Shown: positions 20,250-30,200 of the stretch, piece by piece
Layout of the letters: the number at the start of each line of letters is the position of its first letter
How positions within the stretch are numbered: position 1 is the stretch's first letter
Source of the DNA: an uncultured Arenicellaceae bacterium
GTDB lineage: Bacteria; Pseudomonadota; Gammaproteobacteria; Arenicellales; Arenicellaceae
Direction of reading: 5' to 3'
NCBI GenBank assembly: GCA_943787185.1
Contig: CALSLL010000001.1
Coordinates: 618,814-682,813, forward strand
DNA length: 64,000 nt
Notes under the pieces: model-generated
Told to the model about the DNA's origin: nothing
Database searches by the model: none
What the model saw: only the letters and a program-made list of their open reading frames with translations
Program-made: the position numbers and the translations under genes

Positions 20250-22382
20250 ATGCGCTTAGCCGAGAACAAATTGCAAGAACCAGCACTTTCCAGTAAGGAT
20301 TTTTACAGTAACGTAGAAACGTCTCTCTTGGCATTTAACGAGCGGGTACTCGAAATGGCTAGAGACCCCGAAATTCCATTGCTCGAACGCTTTAAGTTCC
20401 TATGTATTTCATCTTCAAATTTGGACGAGTTTTTTGAAATAAGGCTTGCGGCAATCAAACAGCAAGTAGATCTCGGATTACAAGACACTGGACCGGATGG
20501 ATTAACGCCAGAAGATATCTTTCACTTGTGTACCAAACGTACGCGCAAGCTCATCCAAAATCAGTATATGTGCTTAAACCAGGAGCTAATTCCTGAACTA
20601 GCATCGAATAAAATTAACTTTACTCGGGTAAATGAATTTAGCGATATACAAACCGAATGGGCACGTAGCTGGTTCAAGGACAATATATTACCAGTAGTTA
20701 CGCCGATTCGGCTGGACCCAGCGCATCCTTTTCCTAAAACAATTAATAAAGGACTGTGCCTAATTGTGGAGCTTCACGACCCTGCCCGACTAGTAACCGC
20801 TATTGAAGAAAAGAGCTCAGGTGAAGCTACTGCTAGCGCCAGAAATCGATCACTGGATATCGCTATTATTCCAGCCCCCAGAACATTACCCCGCTTAATC
20901 CCAATTCCAAAAACCATCAGTCCACGCAAAGAGACAAATTTTGCCTTTCTAGCATCCTTGATTCACGCGAGTACCGGCCTCTTGTTTCCAGGTTTGGATG
21001 TAAAAGGCGTTTATAGTTTTCGGGTTACCAGAAACAGTAACCTGTATGTCGACCCAGAAGAAGTAGACGATTTACTAAATGCCCTTCAAGGTGAGCTTCC
21101 ACATAGAAGTTATGGCGATGCAATTCGACTTGAAGTCAGCAACGATTGCCCCGACTACCTGGTTGAATTCTTACAAAATCAGTTTCAACTCCCTGATGAG
21201 CTAATTTTTCAGGTCAACGGACCAGTAAATTTAAACCGGTTAATAGGTTTAACAGATTTAGTCCCCGGAGATCGCTTCAGATATCCTGCGCACACCATCA
21301 AAACACCTCGAATGCTGCAAAAACATAGTTCTATATTTGATGCACTCAAACATGAGGAACTTCTCATTCATCAGCCGTTTGAGTCTTTTTCCCCGGTATT
21401 AGATTTATTGCGACAAGCGAGTGAGGACCCTGACGTTTTGTCAATAAAACAAACTTTGTATCGGACCGGAAAAGACTCACCTATATTAGAGATTCTAAAG
21501 GCTGCTGCTCAACGAGGTAAAGAGGTCACAGCTGTAATTGAGCTTATGGCGCGATTCGATGAAGAAAACAATATATCCATCGCCAGCCAACTCCAGGCTG
21601 CTGGCGTACATGTGGTCTACGGAATGGTCGGACAAAAAACCCATGCCAAAATGATGTTGATCGTACGACGCGAGAATGGCCAACTGATTAAGTACGCGCA
21701 TTTAAGTACCGGAAATTACCATCCCGGCACAGCGCGAGCCTATACGGACTATGGTTATTTTACTTGCGACAAGGAAATCACTCAGGACGTACAAAGTCTC
21801 TTTATTCAGCTGACCACCCAGAATCTCGGAGTACGTCCAGTGGTGCTAGTACAATCCCCAGAAGGAATCCTTGGCTTGCTGCTAGAATCTATCCGGCAGG
21901 AAATGGTTAAAGCATCTCAAGGTCATCAGGCTAGAGTTATCGCCAAAATGAACGGCCTAGCTAGCCAGACATTAGTAAAGGCACTGTATCGTGCTTCCCA
22001 AGCCGGGGTTCAAATAGATTTGATTGTCCGTGGCATATGTACATTGCGCCCTGGAATTAAAGGGCTATCCGATAACATACGAGTAAGGTCGGTACTCGGC
22101 CAGTTTTTAGAACATGACCGCGTATATTATTTTCGAAATAAAGATAAACCCAAGGTTTATATATCGAGTGCCGACTGGATGCCGCGAAATCTAAATAAGC
22201 GAGTGGAAACTTGCATACCCATTCGCAATAAAATGTTTCAAAAGCGCCTAATAGAAAATCTAAAAACATACCTTTCTGCGAACCAATATACTTGGACGCT
22301 CAACTCAAAAGGTGAATATGATTTAGTTATTCCGGACAGTAAAATGCCGAAAATCGATGCGCAACGGGTATTAACATTCTAA
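20250..22382 (+). CDS. ppk: Polyphosphate kinase 1
   Basis: LAFNERVLEMA, SSNLDEFFEIR, the autophosphorylated-His region (GQKTHAKMMLIVRRE) and C-terminal PLD-like HKD-type domains. 710 aa. Confidence 0.95.
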   Translation: MRLAENKLQEPALSSKDFYSNVETSLLAFNERVLEMARDPEIPLLERFKFLCISSSNLDEFFEIRLAAIKQQVDLGLQDTGPDGLTPEDIFHLCTKRTRKLIQNQYMCLNQELIPELASNKINFTRVNEFSDIQTEWARSWFKDNILPVVTPIRLDPAHPFPKTINKGLCLIVELHDPARLVTAIEEKSSGEATASARNRSLDIAIIPAPRTLPRLIPIPKTISPRKETNFAFLASLIHASTGLLFPGLDVKGVYSFRVTRNSNLYVDPEEVDDLLNALQGELPHRSYGDAIRLEVSNDCPDYLVEFLQNQFQLPDELIFQVNGPVNLNRLIGLTDLVPGDRFRYPAHTIKTPRMLQKHSSIFDALKHEELLIHQPFESFSPVLDLLRQASEDPDVLSIKQTLYRTGKDSPILEILKAAAQRGKEVTAVIELMARFDEENNISIASQLQAAGVHVVYGMVGQKTHAKMMLIVRRENGQLIKYAHLSTGNYHPGTARAYTDYGYFTCDKEITQDVQSLFIQLTTQNLGVRPVVLVQSPEGILGLLLESIRQEMVKASQGHQARVIAKMNGLASQTLVKALYRASQAGVQIDLIVRGICTLRPGIKGLSDNIRVRSVLGQFLEHDRVYYFRNKDKPKVYISSADWMPRNLNKRVETCIPIRNKMFQKRLIENLKTYLSANQYTWTLNSKGEYDLVIPDSKMPKIDAQRVLTF

Positions 22383-22439
22383 ATACCGCTAACTTGAAAT
22401 TTAAAACTCTAGACGATTCCCATTCGTACGCAATCCCTA

Positions 22440-23897
22440 TTAGCCATACTTTAATTTAAAACCCGCAGCTTTTAGCGCACTTTTCTCCAGCACCAAATCG
22501 CCTTCGGTTAACGGGTGCTCGTCCAGCCAGCCTTTGGGCAACTTTAATTGTATTGTGGGTCCATCAACCTGAATCAAGACGTTCGGGATATCCGTTCCCT
22601 TACGTGAACGATTAAACAAAACAGCCAAACGCAACAAAACGGACACTCTCTTTGCGGGTGTAACCATTGTGGCAGGCAAAGCCTCTAACGAATCTAAGGC
22701 GAATTTTCGTCGATGGCCTGCCACTAAAGCCGATAGCAGGGCCTGGTCGCGTCTTGCAAATCCAGCTAGATCTGCATTCGCAACCACATACGCTCCATGT
22801 TTGTGGTAAGAGTCGTGGCTAATTTGCAATCCGATCTCATGGATCTGGGCACCCCATGTCAAACCATCTCTCCAGTACATGCTATGGATATCCCAATTGC
22901 TGGCTATCTGTCGATACAATTCAATCGCTGTCGACAACACGTTTCTGGCGTGTACCTCGTCTACCCGCCACCGATCAATCATCGCCTTGATCGAATTCAC
23001 TCTAGCATCTGTTTCACCATCTCGACCGAGCAAATCGAATATCACGCCTTCTCGCAGCGCCATATCTGAAACTTCCACAACTTTAAGATCCAACGATTTC
23101 ATTAGCGCATGCATTACCGCCAATCCGCCGGCAAATACCGGGCGTCGATCTTCATCCAATCCCGACAGCTCTAACCGGTTCAATGTGCCGGCCGCAATGA
23201 TCTTACTTCGCAGTTTCTCCAACCCCTCTAAGCTTACAGCGCCGCGCGCCCAACCTGAGTTTTGCAGCACCGTAGCGATTGCTCTTACGGATCCTGAACA
23301 GCCGATCACGTGCTCCCAACCCTCACTGCGCAACAGAGCTACCACCGGCTGAATAGCAAGTTCGGCATATAGTTCAGCTTCACGAAATCGACTAGCATCA
23401 ACCACCCCATCGAAAAAAAACCGCTTGTTTAGAACAACACATCCTACTTCCAAGCTTTCTCGGTGAAGCGCCTGTGGGCCTTTTCCTACAATGACCTCTG
23501 TACTACCACCCCCGATATCAATTACTAATCTGCGATCTTCTCCACGTTCGAGACTGTGAGAGACCCCCAGATAAATAAGTCTGGCTTCTTCGCGCCCACC
23601 GATAATCTCAACAGGATGACCCAATGCACTTTCTGCGGCATCTCGAAACGCCTCACCCTGCTTCATACGCCGCATAGCATTGGTACCAACAACCCTGACG
23701 GATTCATGCGGCATCTCCCTCAATATCTCGCCAAATCGATCAAGACAGGCAAGTGCCCGAGCAGTACCGTCTTCCGACAAAATCGAATTATCATCCAAAT
23801 CCGCAGCTAATCGAACCGTTTCCTTACGGCGATCTAGGGTTACCAATTGGCCGTGTTGCCATCGGGCAACTAACAAATGAAAAGAATTTGAACCCAA
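22440..23897 (-). CDS. ppx: Exopolyphosphatase (Ppx/GppA family); 5' end unresolved
   Basis: DLGSNSFHLLV phosphate-1 motif, DIGGGSTEVI phosphate-2 motif and a C-terminal HD-like domain. The only canonical start (TTG 23897) lies inside the conserved DLGSNS motif (see findings). Confidence 0.88.
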   Translation of the reverse strand: MGSNSFHLLVARWQHGQLVTLDRRKETVRLAADLDDNSILSEDGTARALACLDRFGEILREMPHESVRVVGTNAMRRMKQGEAFRDAAESALGHPVEIIGGREEARLIYLGVSHSLERGEDRRLVIDIGGGSTEVIVGKGPQALHRESLEVGCVVLNKRFFFDGVVDASRFREAELYAELAIQPVVALLRSEGWEHVIGCSGSVRAIATVLQNSGWARGAVSLEGLEKLRSKIIAAGTLNRLELSGLDEDRRPVFAGGLAVMHALMKSLDLKVVEVSDMALREGVIFDLLGRDGETDARVNSIKAMIDRWRVDEVHARNVLSTAIELYRQIASNWDIHSMYWRDGLTWGAQIHEIGLQISHDSYHKHGAYVVANADLAGFARRDQALLSALVAGHRRKFALDSLEALPATMVTPAKRVSVLLRLAVLFNRSRKGTDIPNVLIQVDGPTIQLKLPKGWLDEHPLTEGDLVLEKSALKAAGFKLKYG

Positions 23898-24189
23898 ATC
23901 TAGGGCCGCAAACGTACCGTCTTTCGAAGCTATCCCCTGGTAGAAATTTTGTAGTGAAGCTAAAACTTTTAGATCCTCTTTTTTAACATAGCCAGGCCAG
24001 TCTCGACTTAATCCGGAAAATCACATCCAAGCATCTAAGATTACCTCGCCACTCCCACGCAAAATCGAACCTTGAATTATTGCTGCGAGCCTCAGCATTA
24101 AGATAAGAGTTAAACTTAACCACACGATTAAGGCTATAGAAACTAAAGGTGGATACCTATTCACTTTTTATCTAGTTATCTGGTCAAAA

Positions 24190-26655
24190 CTAGTTTCTGT
24201 CGGACACCTCAGGAATCGCAATTTCTGCACCCACCGTTGCGACCAACTGCCCTTGGTTAAATCTATAAAGTACCCACATAGGTACATCAAAATCATTTGA
24301 TATACCCCACAAGGTATCACCAGACTGTATACGGTAACTTTGTACGTCATTGATATCAAAACGCTGGACATATTCGTCTACCAATAAACTGTGGAACTCC
24401 TTGCGCTTGGATTCAAACACCCCTAACTGATCCTGAGCAGAAACCGGCAAACGCAATCGTTCACCAACCTCAAGAGGATCACCAAACGTTAAATTATTAA
24501 GTCGACGCAACTCTCCAGCTGGTCCAATACCTAACCAGTCAGCGTAATAGCCTAGGTTTTCTTCCGGAAGGACATTTATCACGTAGTTCCCAGCCGTAAG
24601 TTCCACATCGAGATCTTTCCAATTATACAAAGGGGCGAGCCGATCATCCGCCGATGCTTGTAATCTTGCCGGCTGATCTGCAGTAGATGCAAGAGCCTGT
24701 TCAGATTGGCCGCTTACAACAATTTCCGCAGTTGGAATATTTGTGGTTTCATTACTGCTTGCTGTAATCACCCAACCGGAGCCAGCAGCACTAGTGTCTG
24801 GTGCCGATTGCACGTCTTGCTCGGCAGCAAGGGTAACCTGAGATTCGGGTTCCGATTTTGTGACCGGTGTCTTTTCAATATCCGAGGCCAACGCCGTCAC
24901 GGGCACGCTGGTACCTGGAATCTCTAACGTTTGGCCTACATATATAATGCTTCGGCGATTTAGTCCATTTGCCGACAATACGGCGTCACAGCTGATGTTG
25001 TAATTTCTTGCAATACTGCATGGGGATTGACCAGGGCGAACTTTATGGCTACTAGCTAAGGAATTACCACTCGCTGACGACGGAATCAGCAGTGTTTGCC
25101 CAACGTAGATCTTACTTCGCATCGAAAGCCCATTAGCCGACAAAAACGATTGGCAGTTCATTCCATACTGATTTGCAATTCCACAAGGAGTTTGGCCACC
25201 TCTGACTACATGCCCACCGCCCTGACGGTCGTTGGCTGCAAGCGCAGTGGCTGCTCCTCCTTTGCCGGGTATCATCAGCACCTGACCGATCCCAATGGTC
25301 GCCTGTCGACCGAGCCTATTTAGCTCAATTATATCGCGACACCTAACTCGGTATAGTTCAGCAACTTCACACGCCGTATCTCCTCGCTCGACAACATGTC
25401 GTTCACCGCCATCACTAGGGCCCTCTGGAGGCAGCGCAGCTAATTGAACTCTTTGATCACTCCAATCGTCACTGCGGAGCGGTAATGCAAAACTAAAACC
25501 CGCGGGAACGTAGCTAAACCCCTTCCAGACCCGTGAAGTAAGTGATGGATTTAAGTCCTTCAACACCGACTCATCAACATTAAACACGGACCGTAAACGC
25601 TTCACCGAAGCGGTATTCGGGATACTGACGATAGAAGTTTTCGGTGCGGAATTCCCGCTAACCCCAGGAAAATATTGTTCCGCATTTTTTGCAACATAAC
25701 GTGCGGCAAGAAAGCTGGCATAAAAATTCTTTACCGCAGTACGGAAAGTGCGAGACTTATATTCGCTAAGAAGCCGAACATAATCCAAGCCGACTTGTTC
25801 AATCGCCCGAGTCATGCCACGCACACCGTAATTATACGAGGTCACAACAAAGGGGTTCATTCTCCCAGCGGTCACTTCCGACCCTTGTTCTTTCGCGGCA
25901 GCGGTGACACGCTTAACGCTATCCTGAAAGTAACGGATAGCCCCTTGAGTAGCGAGACGAGGATCAAATCGTTCATCCACCGATGCACTTATTTGGAGAC
26001 CCAAATTCCTAGCCGTTTTTGGCATAATTTGCCAAATGCCAGCTGCTCCCAAATGGGAATAAGCTTGTGGGTGATAGGCCGACTCTACGAAAGGTAAATA
26101 CTGCAATTCGGTAGATAATTCTGCGTCCTCTAGATACTCAACCACGAACGGTCGATACTCCCCAAACCGTCGCAATGCATTTTCGAATCGGTCTTGATTT
26201 CCTGCTTGGCACCTCAGCCGTTCGGAGGCGTTACGTAGCTCATCACCGCTCGCGCCAGGATACAGGTTTGCCAAATCAGTCTGAAACGAGTTAGCAGGTG
26301 CCTGCCCAGAATCTATTCGAGTAGCTAATGTCCGCAAACCGTCGCGAATTTTATCCTGCTCCTGCCTTACTAACTTGCCAGGTCGCTTTGCACTGCATCT
26401 ATCCTCTGTACGCAGAACTGCAAACACTTTTTGCGGATGATCAGAATCATGAATCACTCGCTGTCCTGTATCCCACTGGCGAAACACCTGAACCCAAAAA
26501 TCGACCCGGCGCTGGATTTCTTCCGGACATGGAAAAACATCACCACATTGTAGATCATGCCGCTCCACTGTAGGAGTCGCTGCGTGCGATACCGCCACAA
26601 CCATGTATAAAACACAGCCTACAAATAGCACGAAAAATCTTCCTAATAATCCCAT
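24190..26655 (-). CDS. mltD: Membrane-bound lytic murein transglycosylase D-like protein with multiple LysM modules
   Basis: Signal peptide, an SLT catalytic region (LPFVESAYHPQAYSHLGAAGIWQIMPKTA), then five LysM-like modules. 821 aa. Confidence 0.8.
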   Translation of the reverse strand: MGLLGRFFVLFVGCVLYMVVAVSHAATPTVERHDLQCGDVFPCPEEIQRRVDFWVQVFRQWDTGQRVIHDSDHPQKVFAVLRTEDRCSAKRPGKLVRQEQDKIRDGLRTLATRIDSGQAPANSFQTDLANLYPGASGDELRNASERLRCQAGNQDRFENALRRFGEYRPFVVEYLEDAELSTELQYLPFVESAYHPQAYSHLGAAGIWQIMPKTARNLGLQISASVDERFDPRLATQGAIRYFQDSVKRVTAAAKEQGSEVTAGRMNPFVVTSYNYGVRGMTRAIEQVGLDYVRLLSEYKSRTFRTAVKNFYASFLAARYVAKNAEQYFPGVSGNSAPKTSIVSIPNTASVKRLRSVFNVDESVLKDLNPSLTSRVWKGFSYVPAGFSFALPLRSDDWSDQRVQLAALPPEGPSDGGERHVVERGDTACEVAELYRVRCRDIIELNRLGRQATIGIGQVLMIPGKGGAATALAANDRQGGGHVVRGGQTPCGIANQYGMNCQSFLSANGLSMRSKIYVGQTLLIPSSASGNSLASSHKVRPGQSPCSIARNYNISCDAVLSANGLNRRSIIYVGQTLEIPGTSVPVTALASDIEKTPVTKSEPESQVTLAAEQDVQSAPDTSAAGSGWVITASSNETTNIPTAEIVVSGQSEQALASTADQPARLQASADDRLAPLYNWKDLDVELTAGNYVINVLPEENLGYYADWLGIGPAGELRRLNNLTFGDPLEVGERLRLPVSAQDQLGVFESKRKEFHSLLVDEYVQRFDINDVQSYRIQSGDTLWGISNDFDVPMWVLYRFNQGQLVATVGAEIAIPEVSDRN

Positions 26656-27026
26656 TCAATAACCAAAATTTGTTATCTCAGCAGATATGTAAACTAACTA
26701 AGCAATCGTTGACAAGCAAGTTATATGACAGAAAGTTACACTAATCTGATATGGGATCAAGTAATCAGGTGAGCTATATGATTATTTGCAAGCTCTATCT
26801 TTTCTCTCCATATTTCATGACCACTTAATCGAGAATTGCGAGATATCCCACTAATAATGCTTACTCCATATAAAAACAAATCACGTAATCTGTAGGAGCA
26901 AACCTCACTAATTCGAAGCTAAGTAACTTTCTTACTATCTTACCGATAATATCCACAACAAATTGATAATAACTTTCTCGCAGCAGTGGGTCTCAGACTG
27001 AGTTAAATTATCCAAAAGCAATTAGT

Positions 27027-30000
27027 TTACGAAAGACCTAAACCTGAAACTCCTGATTCTTTAGTTTTTGGCGGTATCGGCGTATCCCCGCGGAATTTTC
27101 GTCGAAAGAAATGTTTAATATCCTGCGCAATCAGCATATTAATGGGGACGAATACTAGCGTGATCATAGTTGCGAAAACTATGCCAAACGCCAACGATAA
27201 CGCCATTGGTTTTAAAAATGCTGAACTCGGATCACCTGCGCTAAAAAAGGTTAATGGCACCAATCCAAAAAATGTAGTCAGTGAGGTAAGCATCACCGGC
27301 CGAAAACGCACAATTCCTGCGGTAGACGCTGCGTCTAACAAACTCTTGCCCTTTTTTCGAAGTTGGAGAACGTAGTCCACTAAAACCAAACTGTCATTAA
27401 CAACCACGCCAACCAAAGCGAGTAAGCCCAAAATGCTTAATAATGAAAGGGGCTCTGCCATAATCCAATGACCAAGCACTACACCAATCAATGAAAATGG
27501 AATTACCGACATAACTATCAAAGGCAATACATACGACTTAAGTGGTAAAGCCAGTAGCGTGTATATAACGAATAGCAACACGACAAAACTTATTATAGCG
27601 CTCCCTAATGCTTTAGCTTGCTCTTCGGCTTCCCCACCTAAAGAAGCAGTGATACCGGGATACTGAACTAAAAACTCATCTAAAAACTCAAGAATTTGCT
27701 CATTCATTACCGTCATATTCGTTGTGTCCTTATCAACGTCCGCAGTAATTGACATCGTCCGGTACAAATCGATACGCGTAATCGAACTAGGCCCTTTATC
27801 CGGGGTAAGCGTTGCGACACTCGAAAGTGGCACCAATCTACCGTTAGGTGCACTAATTATCATCTCTTGTAAGGTGTCGGTGGTACTGCGCTCTGAAAGT
27901 GGATATCTCACCAGCACTCGAATATCATCTCGACCGCGCTGAATTCGTTGTGCCTGAAACCCTTGGAATGCCTGGCTAACCTGTCCAACAATATCACTAC
28001 GCGTCAAACCCATTAAATGTCCTTGCGGTGTCAGATCAATACGCAACTCCTCCTTACCATCTGCTAATGAATCCGCAATTTCGAAAACACCATCATAAGT
28101 AGCCAGATGCTCCTTAATTGTTGTGGCTGCCTGCTCTAATTCTTCCAGCGACTGTCCTCTCAATTCAATATCAATTGGATCCCCGGCTCTAAAAAATTCT
28201 GCACGAAAGGTTATCGACTCGGCGCCAGGAATTTCACCTACTTCCCTGCGCCAATCATTCATTATTTGTATAGATGAAACATCTACGACTCTTTCTGAAC
28301 GAGGCATTCCTTCAAAACGGACGGACCCAACATTTGAGGATACTCCGCCACCACCTCTTCCGGCCTGGCCTGTCTTGGAAAGAATATTCGTTACGATAGG
28401 GCCTCCACCCTCACCGTTAGTATACTTTTTCTGCATTTCCAAACCGGCATCCATAATCTTGCTCATATACCCGTCAGTGACTTCAAACGGTGTACCAGTT
28501 GGCATAACCAAAGTGATCTGGCCACCATCAGACTCCGTTCTTGGAATAAACACAAACCGGGACCAGCCAGTCACTATTGTCGTGACCAAAATAAAAAACA
28601 TACAAATGAAGCCGGCCAAAACGGTATACCGATATTCGATTGCTTTATCCAGTATTGGACGATACCGGTTAATTATCAAATTTTCGAAACCGTGTGAAAA
28701 ATTCATTTGCCAACGGCTGAATCTGCCAACGGTTTCAATATCCCTGGGCTTAATATGTTTCAGATGAGCCGGTAAGATCAATTTTGATTCAATCAATGAG
28801 AAGAACAACACCGGTATAACGACAGCCGGTATCGGCACAAAGAACGTTGCTAGCCGCCCATCGAGCTGGGTAATCGGAACAAATGCCGCCATCGTCGTTA
28901 AAATACCAAACGTTACTGGTATAGCTACCGCCTTGGTTCCATTGATCGATGCCTGCAGACCATCTTCTCCATCGCGCAACCTCGCATAAACACTCTCTCC
29001 GGTAACAATTGCGTCGTCCACGACTATTCCTAGCACTACGATAAATCCAAACAGACTCATCATGTTCATGCTAATGCCAATCACATCAAGAACAGCAACA
29101 GCACCTAAAAACGTCACAGGAATACCCAAAGTCACCCAAAACGCCACCGATGGTCGTAAGAATAGTGCCAGCAGAATGATGACCAATAACCCACCTTGCA
29201 AGGCGCTGCTACCCAAAATTGAAAGTCGTGACTTTAAAATTTCAGAATCATCATCCCAATAATTCATCGTAGTGCCGACTGGGAGGTCCAACTGCTGCTC
29301 CTCGACATAGTTTTTAATCTTGTCCGCTATTTCTATAGCATCTTCATTCGCAGTTCTTTCAATTTCGATCATTGCGGCAATTTTACCGTTGAATCGAGTT
29401 AACAAGGACTCCTCCTGAAAACCATCATTAACCTCGGCAACATCTGCCACACGAATAATAGATCCGTCTTGATTGGTTTTGACGACAATATCAGCGAAGT
29501 CCGCATATCGGTAGGCCTGACCTTTGGAACGCAGTAAAATATCACCGCCAGCAGCACGCACATTTCCGGCAGAAATATCCTGTGAGCTATTACGAATCGC
29601 ACTCGCTACTAAGGCCAAAGTGAGCCCATAATCTCGCAATCTATCCTGACTAACTTCGATGGCTATTTCATAGGCTCTTACGCCATCGAGCGTGGCAAGA
29701 CTAACGCCATCCATTCGAAGAATCTCTTCTCTTACTTGCTCAGCAAATCGCCGAGTTTCGGCCTCTCCATAATCGGTTGTAACCGCGACAGATATAACTC
29801 CCCATCTCCTTTCTCGCAAGGCTATTACGGGACGCTCAGCCTCGGTAGGAAAAGTATTAATCGAGTCAACGCGGTTTTTGACATCATCAAGCATCTCCCG
29901 AGCGTTATAAGCCTCGTTTACCTCAATAGTTACACTGGTGCTTCCCTCTCGCGATACGCTTCGAATCTCGTCGATACCCTCCAGATCCTGAATGGCCTCT

Positions 30001-30200
30001 TCAATCCGAACAGCAACGCCTAATTCAATATCTTCAGGGTTTGCACCACGCAAAAATACTGAAACCGAAATCGAGTCAGGCTCAGAATCCGGAAATACTT
30101 CAAGGTTCATGCGTGCAAAAATCGTGATCAACCCCGACATTACAATCGCAACCATCAGTAAATTAGCAGCGACTGAGTTTCTCGCAAACCATTCAATCAT
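27027..30200 (-). CDS. RND efflux transporter permease (AcrB/HAE family)
   Basis: 1057 aa with the 12-TM/two-large-loop RND architecture and a typical N-terminus (ARNSVAANLLMVAIVMSGL). A strong SD (aaaggagg) lies inside the end of the upstream MFP gene, and there is an ATGA overlap. Confidence 0.9.
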   Translation of the reverse strand: MIEWFARNSVAANLLMVAIVMSGLITIFARMNLEVFPDSEPDSISVSVFLRGANPEDIELGVAVRIEEAIQDLEGIDEIRSVSREGSTSVTIEVNEAYNAREMLDDVKNRVDSINTFPTEAERPVIALRERRWGVISVAVTTDYGEAETRRFAEQVREEILRMDGVSLATLDGVRAYEIAIEVSQDRLRDYGLTLALVASAIRNSSQDISAGNVRAAGGDILLRSKGQAYRYADFADIVVKTNQDGSIIRVADVAEVNDGFQEESLLTRFNGKIAAMIEIERTANEDAIEIADKIKNYVEEQQLDLPVGTTMNYWDDDSEILKSRLSILGSSALQGGLLVIILLALFLRPSVAFWVTLGIPVTFLGAVAVLDVIGISMNMMSLFGFIVVLGIVVDDAIVTGESVYARLRDGEDGLQASINGTKAVAIPVTFGILTTMAAFVPITQLDGRLATFFVPIPAVVIPVLFFSLIESKLILPAHLKHIKPRDIETVGRFSRWQMNFSHGFENLIINRYRPILDKAIEYRYTVLAGFICMFFILVTTIVTGWSRFVFIPRTESDGGQITLVMPTGTPFEVTDGYMSKIMDAGLEMQKKYTNGEGGGPIVTNILSKTGQAGRGGGGVSSNVGSVRFEGMPRSERVVDVSSIQIMNDWRREVGEIPGAESITFRAEFFRAGDPIDIELRGQSLEELEQAATTIKEHLATYDGVFEIADSLADGKEELRIDLTPQGHLMGLTRSDIVGQVSQAFQGFQAQRIQRGRDDIRVLVRYPLSERSTTDTLQEMIISAPNGRLVPLSSVATLTPDKGPSSITRIDLYRTMSITADVDKDTTNMTVMNEQILEFLDEFLVQYPGITASLGGEAEEQAKALGSAIISFVVLLFVIYTLLALPLKSYVLPLIVMSVIPFSLIGVVLGHWIMAEPLSLLSILGLLALVGVVVNDSLVLVDYVLQLRKKGKSLLDAASTAGIVRFRPVMLTSLTTFFGLVPLTFFSAGDPSSAFLKPMALSLAFGIVFATMITLVFVPINMLIAQDIKHFFRRKFRGDTPIPPKTKESGVSGLGLS

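Noticed and set aside
22879-23352. 157-aa plus-strand ORF
   Set aside because: Antisense within ppx, with low-complexity Ser/Thr/Pro/Arg composition.
28123-28767. 214-aa plus-strand ORF
   Set aside because: Antisense within the RND permease gene. The long open antisense frame is explained by the codon bias of the real gene.
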